Assembly: GCA_050250855.1 (NCBI GenBank)
Contig: JBFWNW010000003.1
Location: forward strand, 32,001 to 96,000
Length of the DNA stretch: 64,000 bases
Origin: Candidatus Babeliales bacterium
GTDB taxonomy: Bacteria > Babelota > Babeliae > Babelales > JACPOV01
Reading direction: 5' to 3'
Part shown: piece after piece, positions 28,823 to 38,669 of the stretch
Layout: every line of letters begins with the position of its first letter
Position numbering within the stretch: the stretch's first letter is position 1
Notes under the pieces: generated by a model
Told to the model about the DNA's origin: nothing
Databases searched by the model: none
The model's input: only the letters and a program-made list of their open reading frames with translations
Position numbers and translations under genes: made by a program

Positions 28823-29479
28823 ATGGAAATAATCAGTGAATTATTTGATGCAATACTTACCAACAATATTGAAAAAGTAAAAGAATTATTACAAACCAAA
28901 AATAAATTATATGAAAATGAATTTTTGGATACCTATCTTGAAACACCTCTCATGCTGGCTTCCAGAAAAAAACATATAGAAGTTGTCAAACTACTTTTAG
29001 AGAATGGTGCCAATGCTGCAAATGAACATGGCAAAACCGCGTTAACAAATGCCATCTTCTGGGGACATAAAGAAATAGTAAAATTGTTATTAGAAAATGG
29101 TGCATTGATAGATGATAATGACATGTTCGTACCAATAACACTCCAAGAAAAAGATGTTTTGGAGGTTTGTTTAAAAAATTGCACTACTCATGCTAAGAAC
29201 AAAGCATTATGGTCATCTGTACTATTAGACTATAAAGATGGCGCAGAGCTTTCTTTAAAGCATGGTGCAGATATAAATGCTCTACATGAAGATGTTAAAA
29301 ATGGCGATACCCCTTTTATAGCTGCAGTCAGATGTCGACGCATAAATATTATAGAGTTATTAATTCAATATGGCGCTGATCAGTCAATAAAAAATAATAA
29401 AGGTAAAACAGCATTAGATCTTGCAAAAACTAAAAAAATAAAAAATATTCTTTTAAAACAAAAAGATGGTGACGCATGA
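28823..29479 (+). CDS. Ankyrin repeat protein
   Basis: ETPLMLAS, GKTALTNA, GDTPFIAA repeats. Confidence 0.88.
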   Translation: MEIISELFDAILTNNIEKVKELLQTKNKLYENEFLDTYLETPLMLASRKKHIEVVKLLLENGANAANEHGKTALTNAIFWGHKEIVKLLLENGALIDDNDMFVPITLQEKDVLEVCLKNCTTHAKNKALWSSVLLDYKDGAELSLKHGADINALHEDVKNGDTPFIAAVRCRRINIIELLIQYGADQSIKNNKGKTALDLAKTKKIKNILLKQKDGDA

Positions 29480-30726
29480 CAACTATCAATGAACTATGCA
29501 AAGCCATACAAGAAAATAATCTTGAAAAAGTAAAACAGTTGCTCGCTCAAGGAATTAATATTGACTTATACAGCGATAGTGAAGAAAATCCTATTTGGGT
29601 TGCAGTAGAAAATGGCTCCTTAAAGATAGTAAAGCTCCTTCTTGAAAATGCTCTTTTTGAAAATCACCTAAATAAACAAAAAATTGCTTTTAGTGCTTTG
29701 TGGCATGTAACTACCAAAGAACATTGCTCAATAATAAAATTTTTGCTAGAAGATACTGCTCTTGATCTAAAAAATCATCCCGATTATTACAGAAAACTTA
29801 ACGATGCTCTTAAATATGCAGCTTCAGTTGATCGTTTTGATATTTTCAAACTTTTTATAGAATACCGAGCTCCTGTAACGGGAATAGATTCTAAGCTTAT
29901 AAATAATTATATTTATCGTAGTGGTATGCTGAATAACAAGTTCATCACCTTGGAACAAATAGTTAAGTATCATGTTGGCGTAAATCAAACCAATGAAAAA
30001 GGTATTACTCTTTTAATGGCAGCAGCAGCCCATGGGCGTATTGCATTCATGAAAGAACTCTTAGAGCATTGCGCTGACGTTACTATGGTTGATAATCACA
30101 GCGACACTGCACTCATTATTGCTGCTTTTCATGGCCAAGAAGAAGCGGTAAAACTTTTAATAGAACATGGTGCGCCGATAAACAGCGCTGACAATGAAGG
30201 CGATACCGCTCTCATCCATGCTGCTCATGGAGGTCATAAAAAGATAGTAGAACTCCTTATTGCCAACGGGGCTCATACTAATCATGCCAATAGAGATGGC
30301 AATACTGCCCTTTTTTACGCTATAAAAATTGGGCATAAAAATATAGTAAAATTTCTCATTGCTCATGGTGCCGATGTAAACCAGGAAAATAAATTAGGAG
30401 CTACACCATTAATACGGGCAGCTGTTGGCGGCCATTATCAAATAGTACAAATTCTTATTCAGAACAATGCGCAAATTAATGCTCAAATGGATGGTAATAC
30501 TGCTTTAATGTTTGCATCAATGCACAACAGAAAAAAAACTATACGTCTTTTGGGGGAAAATGATGCTTACATTCGTGCCTTTGAACGTAAATATGTTTTT
30601 TCGGACGCAAGAGCTATAAGACACGAAACCGACGGTGACAAACTAAAAAAAATTTTCCTGCGCAGACGCTTTTCTACATTAAAATCAGTTTTTGATCGTA
30701 GTCATTATGCTAATTGGTTTTATTGA
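29476..30726 (+). CDS. Ankyrin repeat protein
   Basis: Ankyrin repeats; ATGA coupling to the upstream gene. Confidence 0.9.
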   Translation: MTTINELCKAIQENNLEKVKQLLAQGINIDLYSDSEENPIWVAVENGSLKIVKLLLENALFENHLNKQKIAFSALWHVTTKEHCSIIKFLLEDTALDLKNHPDYYRKLNDALKYAASVDRFDIFKLFIEYRAPVTGIDSKLINNYIYRSGMLNNKFITLEQIVKYHVGVNQTNEKGITLLMAAAAHGRIAFMKELLEHCADVTMVDNHSDTALIIAAFHGQEEAVKLLIEHGAPINSADNEGDTALIHAAHGGHKKIVELLIANGAHTNHANRDGNTALFYAIKIGHKNIVKFLIAHGADVNQENKLGATPLIRAAVGGHYQIVQILIQNNAQINAQMDGNTALMFASMHNRKKTIRLLGENDAYIRAFERKYVFSDARAIRHETDGDKLKKIFLRRRFSTLKSVFDRSHYANWFY

Positions 30727-31712
30727 TTAACCATTTCTAAAACTTGTTTAAGATACAACTGTTTAATAAAATAATCTATCAGTGCGGGATCATAATCTTC
30801 TGGCAGCTCAGAGCGCTCTGCTGCCTGCTCTACTTTAGCCAACAGATCTTCAACTTCTTGAGTAACCAGTTTAAAATCTACGTTGCCCTGTTTTATGGCA
30901 AGCAGATGCTCTCGTTCTGGACGCGGAAATGTTATAGTATGGTGAGTAAAAAATTCTAGCGCCTGATTGCCAATGCGCACAGCATGAGATAATGCTTTCC
31001 AATCTGCACCATCATTACGCGTTGCCTCCATTGCACGATTACCGTAGGCATCAATAATGTTTTGCACAATCAAGCGCGCGTTTTTCAATGTTGCATGAAA
31101 GGGAATTTTTTTACCACATACTTGAAAGTAATGCTCCTCATTTCCATCAGGTTGCGTCATGGATGCAAAGCTCAGATGTTCATTGCTCTCTACAGCTTTT
31201 TTTAAATCATCAATGATAGTTACTAATTTTGCGCACGTGCCATATTTTTTTTCCGCTTCAGATAAAAGCTCAAATGCCTTAGTAGCTTGCGCAAGCTTGG
31301 TGCCCTTTTGGCAATATTTATATGTTTGTTGTTTGCAATAACCAACAAATGCTGCTGCTTGTTTTGTTAATAACTTCATCCCTATTTGTTTTAGCTGTGA
31401 CCACTCCGGCTCCAGGAGTTCAATAAGAGCATAGTCAGGCGCAAATAGCATTTCCAATGCAAATGATTGACCTTGTGCTACCGCCTGCAAAAATTTTACC
31501 GGACTATACAGTTCATAATCAACATCAGTTGACTTGTTTCTTGCACCTGGTTCTTTTTTGCTTCCTTTAACTAATACCGGCTCAACACGCTGCAGCAATA
31601 TATCATCTGCCGAGGGAATATAAACACCTTTAATATCAACATCTGATTGTGGTGTTGCCGTACCAAAAAGGTGAGAACCGTATTTTATAGTAACAATAAT
31701 TTTTTCAGGCAT
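30720..31712 (-). CDS. Pol-beta-type nucleotidyltransferase (RlaP/PF10127-like, phage T4 NrdC.11-like)
   Basis: YGSHLFGTATPQSDVDIKGVYIP (GS...DxD), DWKALSHAVR, ITFPRPE...LLAIKQG, SELP. Confidence 0.8.
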   Translation of the reverse strand: MPEKIIVTIKYGSHLFGTATPQSDVDIKGVYIPSADDILLQRVEPVLVKGSKKEPGARNKSTDVDYELYSPVKFLQAVAQGQSFALEMLFAPDYALIELLEPEWSQLKQIGMKLLTKQAAAFVGYCKQQTYKYCQKGTKLAQATKAFELLSEAEKKYGTCAKLVTIIDDLKKAVESNEHLSFASMTQPDGNEEHYFQVCGKKIPFHATLKNARLIVQNIIDAYGNRAMEATRNDGADWKALSHAVRIGNQALEFFTHHTITFPRPEREHLLAIKQGNVDFKLVTQEVEDLLAKVEQAAERSELPEDYDPALIDYFIKQLYLKQVLEMVNQ

Positions 31713-31724
31713 AGTACACGCTCT

Positions 31725-32297
31725 TTATTGTTTCAACATCGTTAAAATATCTTCATCACCTAAACAGTTTGCATAATACAAAGCATTTTTGCCTGCAAAA
31801 GTACCCAGCGTACTATCTGCCCCTGCTTTCAAAAGCAATTTTATTATCTGCTTATTTCTTTTTATTAAAGCACATAATAAAGGTGTTATTTGATTTTGAC
31901 ACATACTATTTACCTGAGCACCATGCTTGAGCAAGAGTTCTACAATTCCTGCATGACCACAAAATGCCGCTGCTGCCAAAGCAGTCCCACGATACTCACC
32001 AGGTTTATTTACATCGGCTCCGTGTGCAAGTAAAAGCTCCACAAGTTCCTTATGCCCAGCTTGTGATGCTGCAATTAAGGCTGTTTGGCCATCACGCTCA
32101 GAAGCATTGACATCCATTCCCGCTTGCAGCAAAAGCTTTACTATCGTGCTATATCCTCGCGCACAAGGCCATATTAAAAGTTCTGCAGGAAGCTTTTCTT
32201 GCATCTCTTTACATTCAACAAGCAATGCCACAACTTTTTGGCTATCATTATCTTGAATAGTTTTAAAAAGATCAATAATTTTAGAATATTTATCCAT
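31725..32297 (-). CDS. Ankyrin repeat protein
   Basis: GQTALIAAS, GTALAAAA, ITPLLCA repeats. Confidence 0.88.
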   Translation of the reverse strand: MDKYSKIIDLFKTIQDNDSQKVVALLVECKEMQEKLPAELLIWPCARGYSTIVKLLLQAGMDVNASERDGQTALIAASQAGHKELVELLLAHGADVNKPGEYRGTALAAAAFCGHAGIVELLLKHGAQVNSMCQNQITPLLCALIKRNKQIIKLLLKAGADSTLGTFAGKNALYYANCLGDEDILTMLKQ

Positions 32298-32306
32298 AGC
32301 TAAGCA

Positions 32307-32993
32307 TTACTCTTCTTCCAGTTCTCTAAAACTTTTTTTACCAGCTGGTCCATGCCACATTTCGTGTATTGGGCTATCAGAAAAATACTTCGATGATGTT
32401 ATATCAGTTAAAATAGAACTTGATATCTCTGAATCTTCATTACATGACATTGTACAAATTGAGCCAAAAAAGTTTACCACTTCAAATGAAGGTATATCTA
32501 AGATATCCAATTTTTGAGCAAGTATTTTCCAGTTTTCTAAATTATAAGATGGAGATTCATATTCTCTGTTTGGATAGCTTTGAAAAGTATTATAATCATT
32601 ATATCTATAAAATCTTTCTTTTCCATCTAGACCAAAAAAGTATTGCTGGCTTTCCCAACCAGGGCCCACTTCTCGTGAAGGATAAAAATATGAAAAACGA
32701 TTCCAATAACAGGAAACCGTTTCATGAGCACCCTGTACATCAAATCTACAAAATTCAACAAATTCACTATCAGCGATAATGTCATCCTCATCCCATGTTA
32801 CATACTGTTTGATATGCACCTTATCGGCAAGTGCTGCCAATTGAGGAATATGGGCAAATCTCTTTTTTAGCTTTTTATAAAATCGCGTTGCTAGCAGCTC
32901 CAACTTTAAAGCATTGAGCGTAGTGTCTATAGATTCTGGTGTTTCATCCTGCAGGGTTTCAAAAAAAGATTTTTTTAGATTTTCTATATTCAT
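32307..32993 (-). CDS. Hypothetical protein
   Basis: 228 aa, SD AAGGA, acidic and aromatic-rich; no motif recognised. Confidence 0.65.
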   Translation of the reverse strand: MNIENLKKSFFETLQDETPESIDTTLNALKLELLATRFYKKLKKRFAHIPQLAALADKVHIKQYVTWDEDDIIADSEFVEFCRFDVQGAHETVSCYWNRFSYFYPSREVGPGWESQQYFFGLDGKERFYRYNDYNTFQSYPNREYESPSYNLENWKILAQKLDILDIPSFEVVNFFGSICTMSCNEDSEISSSILTDITSSKYFSDSPIHEMWHGPAGKKSFRELEEE

Positions 32994-33018
32994 GGAGCAT
33001 CCTTTGAATTTATTGTTA

Positions 33019-33504
33019 TCATAGAGCTGTATCAGAACAGGTTACGCCTACATGGCCAGCACTGATGCATAAAGAGTTATTATCTGGCCGCGAGAGCCAC
33101 CAGCTCTCGTATGTCTTCTTAGTATACATGCAAAAGACCGTAATGGCCAACGAATCAGCAAACTCAAACTTAGTATCTAATGCATCATTTAAAACATGTA
33201 TGGCAATCAATTCTTTGTCCTCAAATAATGCTAGCGATTTTTCAATTTTTTTATGACTATCCTCAGAACCACAAATAGGCTTACCCGCCTTATCATCTAT
33301 GCGCCAGGCAGCTATTTCTATAGCCAAGTACCAATCAGAAAATTTTTCAATAACCTTCTGCCCACAGCGCTTCACTGGTTTTAAACGAAAACCGCCAAAT
33401 TCCATGCTCACGATAGAACCGTGAACACGCCGTACATTGCGCGCAGGCAATCCAAGAAGTTCTTTGGTAAAATGAAGAATACGCTCTTTATTATTTTTAT
33501 GCAT
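33019..33504 (-). CDS. Hypothetical protein (immunity-protein-like)
   Basis: 161 aa, GSIVSMEFG...WYLAIEIAAWRI...GSED...WWL; size and pattern typical of orphan immunity-like genes (inference). Confidence 0.55.
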   Translation of the reverse strand: MHKNNKERILHFTKELLGLPARNVRRVHGSIVSMEFGGFRLKPVKRCGQKVIEKFSDWYLAIEIAAWRIDDKAGKPICGSEDSHKKIEKSLALFEDKELIAIHVLNDALDTKFEFADSLAITVFCMYTKKTYESWWLSRPDNNSLCISAGHVGVTCSDTAL

Positions 33505-34156
33505 TCAATAACGTTTCTATAATCTGATAGCCTTTATCATGTGCAATCATACGTGGTGTATGCCCCGTTTTATTTTTTATGTTTGGATTTGCATCACGCG
33601 AAAGAAGTTTTTTTACCATAGCCTCATCACCATAATAGGCAGCAAAGTGAAGTGCTGTCATACCATTTTTGTCCTGCAAATTTGGATCAGCACCAGCAAC
33701 TAATGCTTCTCCGACAGCATCAAGGTTTCTTTGTGCTGCTGCAATTACTAATAAAAGATTGCCATCTTTTGTCTGCTCATTTACTTTGTAGCCATAAAAA
33801 TGGGTTGGTCCTCTGCCATACCGTCCTCTTCTTGTATCATTTTTTTCTATTATTTCTAAAAGATCACTTAAGGTAAAATCTGTTAATGATCTTTTTATAA
33901 GCGGCGCGCTACACAATGCTACAACAATGAAGAAAGTTGTAAAACCATAAAACGTTGACCTACTCAACCATCCTTTATACCTGCCTATTTTATCGCAGAG
34001 ATATAAAGAAACTATAAAGCCAATAAAATAGATAGTTACATACCGGATATCATTAGAGGCAAATCCTAATTGCATCAATAGGAAAATACTGGCAATGGCG
34101 CCTAGAGCTACATAGCAAAAATCTTTATAGGTTACCTTATTATTTTTTTTATTCAT
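33497..34156 (-). CDS. Membrane-anchored ankyrin protein (3 TM)
   Basis: N-terminal TMs, RRGRYGRGPTHF linker, ankyrin repeats. Confidence 0.85.
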   Translation of the reverse strand: MNKKNNKVTYKDFCYVALGAIASIFLLMQLGFASNDIRYVTIYFIGFIVSLYLCDKIGRYKGWLSRSTFYGFTTFFIVVALCSAPLIKRSLTDFTLSDLLEIIEKNDTRRGRYGRGPTHFYGYKVNEQTKDGNLLLVIAAAQRNLDAVGEALVAGADPNLQDKNGMTALHFAAYYGDEAMVKKLLSRDANPNIKNKTGHTPRMIAHDKGYQIIETLLNA

Positions 34157-34725
34157 TCTAATAACTTCTCAATACGATAACGGCCTTTTTCATGGGCAAG
34201 CATAGAGGGTGTATAGCCGCGATTATCTTTGAGCTGTTTATTTGCACCATGAGCAATAAGTTCTTTTACTAAAGCCTCATCTCCATAATATGCCGCCATA
34301 TGGAGCGCCGCCATACCATTTTTGTCTTGTATATTTGGATCAGCGCCAGCACTCAAGAGCTCTTTAACGGCATTCAAGTTCGCTTGTGCTGCTGCAATTA
34401 CTAATAACAGAGAGCCATCTTCTGACTGCTCATTTACTTTATAATCAAAAAAATGACTGAGCCCTTTGCCAAACCTTCCTCCTCGTTGGTCATTTTTTGT
34501 AATGATTTCACGCAGATGCCACTGACTCAAAGAAGCTAATGACTTTTTTCGACGCGGGGGCAATAAAAATATTACGCAGCCTATGAAAATAAAAACTCCT
34601 AGAAAGATAAAAAAAGTTGACTTACGCCATGGAGTACCAAATTGTGCTCTCTGCCCAAGAGAGGTAAACAGTGCAAGAAAAACTGCCACCGTAACTAGAA
34701 ATAAAATATCGGTATATGATATCAT
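34153..34725 (-). CDS. Membrane-anchored ankyrin protein (2 TM)
   Basis: Paralog of 33497: YKVNEQ...LLLVIAAAQ...GADPNIQDKNGM. Confidence 0.85.
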   Translation of the reverse strand: MISYTDILFLVTVAVFLALFTSLGQRAQFGTPWRKSTFFIFLGVFIFIGCVIFLLPPRRKKSLASLSQWHLREIITKNDQRGGRFGKGLSHFFDYKVNEQSEDGSLLLVIAAAQANLNAVKELLSAGADPNIQDKNGMAALHMAAYYGDEALVKELIAHGANKQLKDNRGYTPSMLAHEKGRYRIEKLLE

Positions 34726-34742
34726 TTTTTATACTTTTTTAA

Positions 34743-36554
34743 TTATACAACAACGCCCTCTATCTCTTGCAATAAGGCAACTATCTTTTCATTCTTACGC
34801 TTTTTAGCATAATCAAGCGCTGTTTTTCCTTCAGTATCTTGCAGTCTATAATCAGCACCTGATGCCAGGAGAAATTGTACGTATGAAACATCATCACCAT
34901 ACCATTGAGCGGCTCTATGTAATACCGCTTCACCGCGATCATCTTGCGCATTAACCACCGCGCCATGCTGTATCAGCACCTTGGCAGCATCTTTACAGGC
35001 AAATTTTAACGGAAAACCGCGATTGGGACAAGCGCCTGCTTGCAATAAATATTCAACTATTTCAAAATAGGAACTATTATCTTTAGACGCCGCATAACAT
35101 AATGGCGTATCGCCATGATTATCGCTACCATTAATATCTGCACCATGCTCAACCAATACTTTTATACAAGAAAAATAATCTATAGCACTATTATAATCAT
35201 GACTATTACACATAAGGTGGAGCGCCGTTCGCCCTCTATTATTTCTATGGTCCACCATAGCACCGTGCTTTAAAAGAAGCTTGATAGTCTTTTCATCCGT
35301 TGCACAATGTAAGGGTGTATCACCCGCTTTATTGGGGTTTGAAATCTTGGCACCATGCTGTAAAAGCAGCTTTATAAGCTTTCTGCGATCTCTTTTGGTT
35401 GCTGCAAACAATGGCGTTTCACTACCGGTATTAACACAGGCTTTGTGATGTAATAATCGTTGAATTATTGCACTATTATGTTCATGAACAGCGCATGCCG
35501 TATAAAGAGCAGTAACACCATCACTATCGAGCTCATCCAATGGTATCTTTTCTTGTACCAGAAAATCAATTACGGCACAAATTTGAGATGTATCGCTCTC
35601 ATATTGACCCACGGTTGCAGCTACATGCAAAAGCGTTTGGCCGCGCTCATTACGCTCATTTTTTTGTGCACCATGAGCAAGCAAAAGTTTTATACTGTTT
35701 AAAGCAGCCCCACGCACAGCCTTAAACAGTGGGGTTTCACCATCAAGATCTTTTTTATGAACTGATATCTTTTTCTCAATAAAAAATTTAATTAACTGCC
35801 CATTTCCCATAAGAGCTGCTTTATGCAATGGTGTTTGTTTCTTTTTATCTTCGACATCTAACGATGCACCAAGCTGTACCAGCAATTGCGCACAAAGAAA
35901 ACCTTTTTGGACGTCCGTACAAGCTGCTGCAAAATGCAACGGCGTTTTGCCAGAATCCTTTATAGCTTCATGATAATCACCGTCATAGTAAAAATTCTTT
36001 GCAAAATAAGAGTGTTTTTCAAGCTTTGCACTGTACGTATACAAAAGCTGCACCATTGCAACGTCACCATGCCCTGCAGCACTATGCAAAGGAGTTTCCT
36101 TTTCATAACCAAGCTCGATATCAGATTTTCCGCGGCAAGCATTTACATCAGCGCCATGCTCAAGCAAAAGTTTAGCTGCTTTAAGATTGCCATACATAAC
36201 AGCAACCAATAAAGGATTTTTGCCATGTCTATTTTCGCACGCCAATGATGGCTTGTGGGCTAACAGCAAATTAAGCAATGAAAAATCATCACCCTCTAAA
36301 GCGCGGTCTAATGCAGCATGCAAAGAGGTATCGCCACCACAATCTCCTTTACGCATCTTAACATCACTGCGTGCACCACGCTTGAGTAGTGCTTCAATGG
36401 CAGAAAAATCTAATTCTTTTTGATGAACGGCCTCCCATAACTTATCATCAAGGGTTAGTTTAACTTCTTCCTGCGCTCTTATTTGAGTAAAAAAAAACAA
36501 GACCCCTACAAATAATTTTAATGCGCACCATGCGCTAAAAGTTTTTTTGTCCAT
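34743..36554 (-). CDS. Secreted ankyrin repeat protein
   Basis: Signal-like N-terminus; about 15 TPLH-type ankyrin repeats. Confidence 0.9.
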   Translation of the reverse strand: MDKKTFSAWCALKLFVGVLFFFTQIRAQEEVKLTLDDKLWEAVHQKELDFSAIEALLKRGARSDVKMRKGDCGGDTSLHAALDRALEGDDFSLLNLLLAHKPSLACENRHGKNPLLVAVMYGNLKAAKLLLEHGADVNACRGKSDIELGYEKETPLHSAAGHGDVAMVQLLYTYSAKLEKHSYFAKNFYYDGDYHEAIKDSGKTPLHFAAACTDVQKGFLCAQLLVQLGASLDVEDKKKQTPLHKAALMGNGQLIKFFIEKKISVHKKDLDGETPLFKAVRGAALNSIKLLLAHGAQKNERNERGQTLLHVAATVGQYESDTSQICAVIDFLVQEKIPLDELDSDGVTALYTACAVHEHNSAIIQRLLHHKACVNTGSETPLFAATKRDRRKLIKLLLQHGAKISNPNKAGDTPLHCATDEKTIKLLLKHGAMVDHRNNRGRTALHLMCNSHDYNSAIDYFSCIKVLVEHGADINGSDNHGDTPLCYAASKDNSSYFEIVEYLLQAGACPNRGFPLKFACKDAAKVLIQHGAVVNAQDDRGEAVLHRAAQWYGDDVSYVQFLLASGADYRLQDTEGKTALDYAKKRKNEKIVALLQEIEGVVV

Positions 36555-37189
36555 GCTCCAAATAACTCCTCATAATCATCTAACATACTATTACAATATA
36601 ACGGAGACGGCCTGCCTTTATTAACACCCGCTCCATGCGCAAGTAAACAATCAAAGAGAAGCGGATCAAAAAGAGTATGCATAACCGTGTTACATAATGG
36701 TGTACAGTTACTATTATCCAAAGCATTAATATCGGCACCATGTTGAATCAAAAATTCCACAAACTCTCGCTCTTCTTGCATAATTCTATAGTCGCTACTG
36801 CTTATTGTTTGCATCTGCTCTTTAGAAAAGTGGGATACTAGAATTATTTTGCCCTCTTGCTCAACATAACATCGGGGAGTTTCTGTTATCAGATGTAAAA
36901 CTGTTTTGCCTTCATTATTTCTTGCATTAATATCAGCGCCATGATCCAACAGAAACTGCGCTCTTTTTATATCGCGCGTTACATGCAAGGGCGCATTCCC
37001 CCAAAAGTCCACGGTTGCGGTAACTGCCATACAGCCATCTTTTACTTTTTCTATACATTCATCGTCTAATTTTTCAGCGGGCGTCCGAAATCGTTCTATA
37101 ACTTTGCTTTGGCCTCTTTTTGATTTTTTATAAAACGCATGACTTGGCATATTAAAACATACAACAACCATAATAAGTAAAAAATTCAC
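36518..37189 (-). CDS. Secreted ankyrin repeat protein
   Basis: GTG start after AAGGAG; signal-like; GNAPLH, GKTVLH, CTPL repeats. Confidence 0.8.
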   Translation of the reverse strand: MNFLLIMVVVCFNMPSHAFYKKSKRGQSKVIERFRTPAEKLDDECIEKVKDGCMAVTATVDFWGNAPLHVTRDIKRAQFLLDHGADINARNNEGKTVLHLITETPRCYVEQEGKIILVSHFSKEQMQTISSSDYRIMQEEREFVEFLIQHGADINALDNSNCTPLCNTVMHTLFDPLLFDCLLAHGAGVNKGRPSPLYCNSMLDDYEELFGAWTKKLLAHGAH

Positions 37190-37264
37190 CCAAACTCCTT
37201 TAATAAGAAGATTAAAACCTCAACCGGTTGAAGAAATTTCCCTATAGAGTAAACTTAATATGGT

Positions 37265-37867
37265 ATGAAAAAAAATGCTAATAAAACAATCCAAGCTTTA
37301 TTCAAGGCCATAAAAAAAAATAATACCCAAGAAGTAAAATTTCTTCTTGGCCAAGGACTTTCTGCGTATACAAGAAACCGTAGCGGAAAAAGTGCTTTTG
37401 CTTATGCAATAAAGTATGGAAATCTTGAAATTGAAGAGCTTCTAGAAGATTCGTTAGAAAAACCAGACCACTTTGATACAACACCGTTAATGTATGCCGT
37501 TCGGGGTAACAACACCGTTCTTGTAAAACAACTACTGCACGCAGGCGCTAACCCAAACGCCTCAACGTATTCAGGACATACCGCTTTAATGTTTGCAGGA
37601 AATAAAGACCCAGAAATAACTTCTTTATTGTTGCAGTATAATGCTCAGGTTAATGCAAAAACAGTTTTTGGCTGGACAGCCTTAATGGAAGCCGCTTATT
37701 ATAATGATGCTGCCATGGTACAGCAACTACTCCAGGCTGGAGCAAAGGTTGCTCTAAAAAATCACCTTGGTAGAACTGCTCTTATTGATGCTCAGCAACG
37801 TGGGCATACAGAGATTGTTAAACTGCTTTTGGCGCATAGAGCAAAAAAAATTAAAACTCGCGTTTAA
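37265..37867 (+). CDS. Ankyrin repeat protein
   Basis: TTPLMYA, GHTALMFA, GWTALMEAA, GRTALIDA. Confidence 0.88.
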   Translation: MKKNANKTIQALFKAIKKNNTQEVKFLLGQGLSAYTRNRSGKSAFAYAIKYGNLEIEELLEDSLEKPDHFDTTPLMYAVRGNNTVLVKQLLHAGANPNASTYSGHTALMFAGNKDPEITSLLLQYNAQVNAKTVFGWTALMEAAYYNDAAMVQQLLQAGAKVALKNHLGRTALIDAQQRGHTEIVKLLLAHRAKKIKTRV

Positions 37868-38669
37868 AAACAATATTCTCTGGATGTTCTTGGCAATAAA
37901 AAAGATAGATGTGTCCGACGCTTGTCCATTTATCCTCTTGTTCATAAGCGGCACTTATCTGAAACAGCAAATCCATAGTAGTATAACATGTGCGGCATGA
38001 TGGAAATTTTTCAAGATCCATGCCAAAAGGCATGCCCAAATACTTAGTACCATCAGGGCATCCGAGCGAACAACCTACTTTGCATCCGTATAAAGAAGCG
38101 CTTTGGCCAAGTTCATTATAAAACAGTTCAACTTCTGTTTCATCAGAACTATCAGCAAGCTCAGCAAGGTTCTCGTAGGCATCGTCATCTAGTAGTTCTA
38201 TATTTTTAAGTTGTTTTATTTTCGTAAACGTAATTCTACGAGGATTAGTTTCGTTTATATTTGATGAGGAAATCTCTTTCATTTTTGCAAGCGAAGGCGC
38301 AGCATATTTGCGCAAACAGTACAGCTTTTCATAGCGAGTGATAGTATTGTTAAAACAGTTTTTACATATAAAAAAAGTATATAAACAGTTTTTTTCAATT
38401 GTTTTAGGAACCTCTGCCAAATCAAGTTCTGACGTATTTACTTGAAAGATAAAAAAAAGTTCTTTAGTGCACAATCCACAAACCGGCCACGGCTCACCCT
38501 CGCTATAGGGTTTGCCACCGAATTTTGAAACAACACTTTGTTCAATAACAAGAGGATCTTGATCTTCATACTCTTCAGGAAGCTCACCATGAAAGCGAAA
38601 GGTAATATCTAGATAGGTCGACAAAAATTTTTTAAGTTCATCATCTGTTAGCATGTTAGACCTCGACAT
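37851..38669 (-). CDS. DUF1963/YwqG-like (PDCD2-like) protein with CxxC pairs
   Basis: SKFGGKPY...WPVCGLC...FFIFQ...LYTFFIC and TKYLGMP...CRTC...MDLLFQ...GHIYLFYC; start possibly MLTD. Confidence 0.7.
   Translation of the reverse strand: MSRSNMLTDDELKKFLSTYLDITFRFHGELPEEYEDQDPLVIEQSVVSKFGGKPYSEGEPWPVCGLCTKELFFIFQVNTSELDLAEVPKTIEKNCLYTFFICKNCFNNTITRYEKLYCLRKYAAPSLAKMKEISSSNINETNPRRITFTKIKQLKNIELLDDDAYENLAELADSSDETEVELFYNELGQSASLYGCKVGCSLGCPDGTKYLGMPFGMDLEKFPSCRTCYTTMDLLFQISAAYEQEDKWTSVGHIYLFYCQEHPENIVFKREF

Noticed and set aside
37220..37231. 12-bp palindrome TCAACCGGTTGA between divergent ankyrin genes
   Set aside because: Single occurrence with no cognate regulator; could be chance
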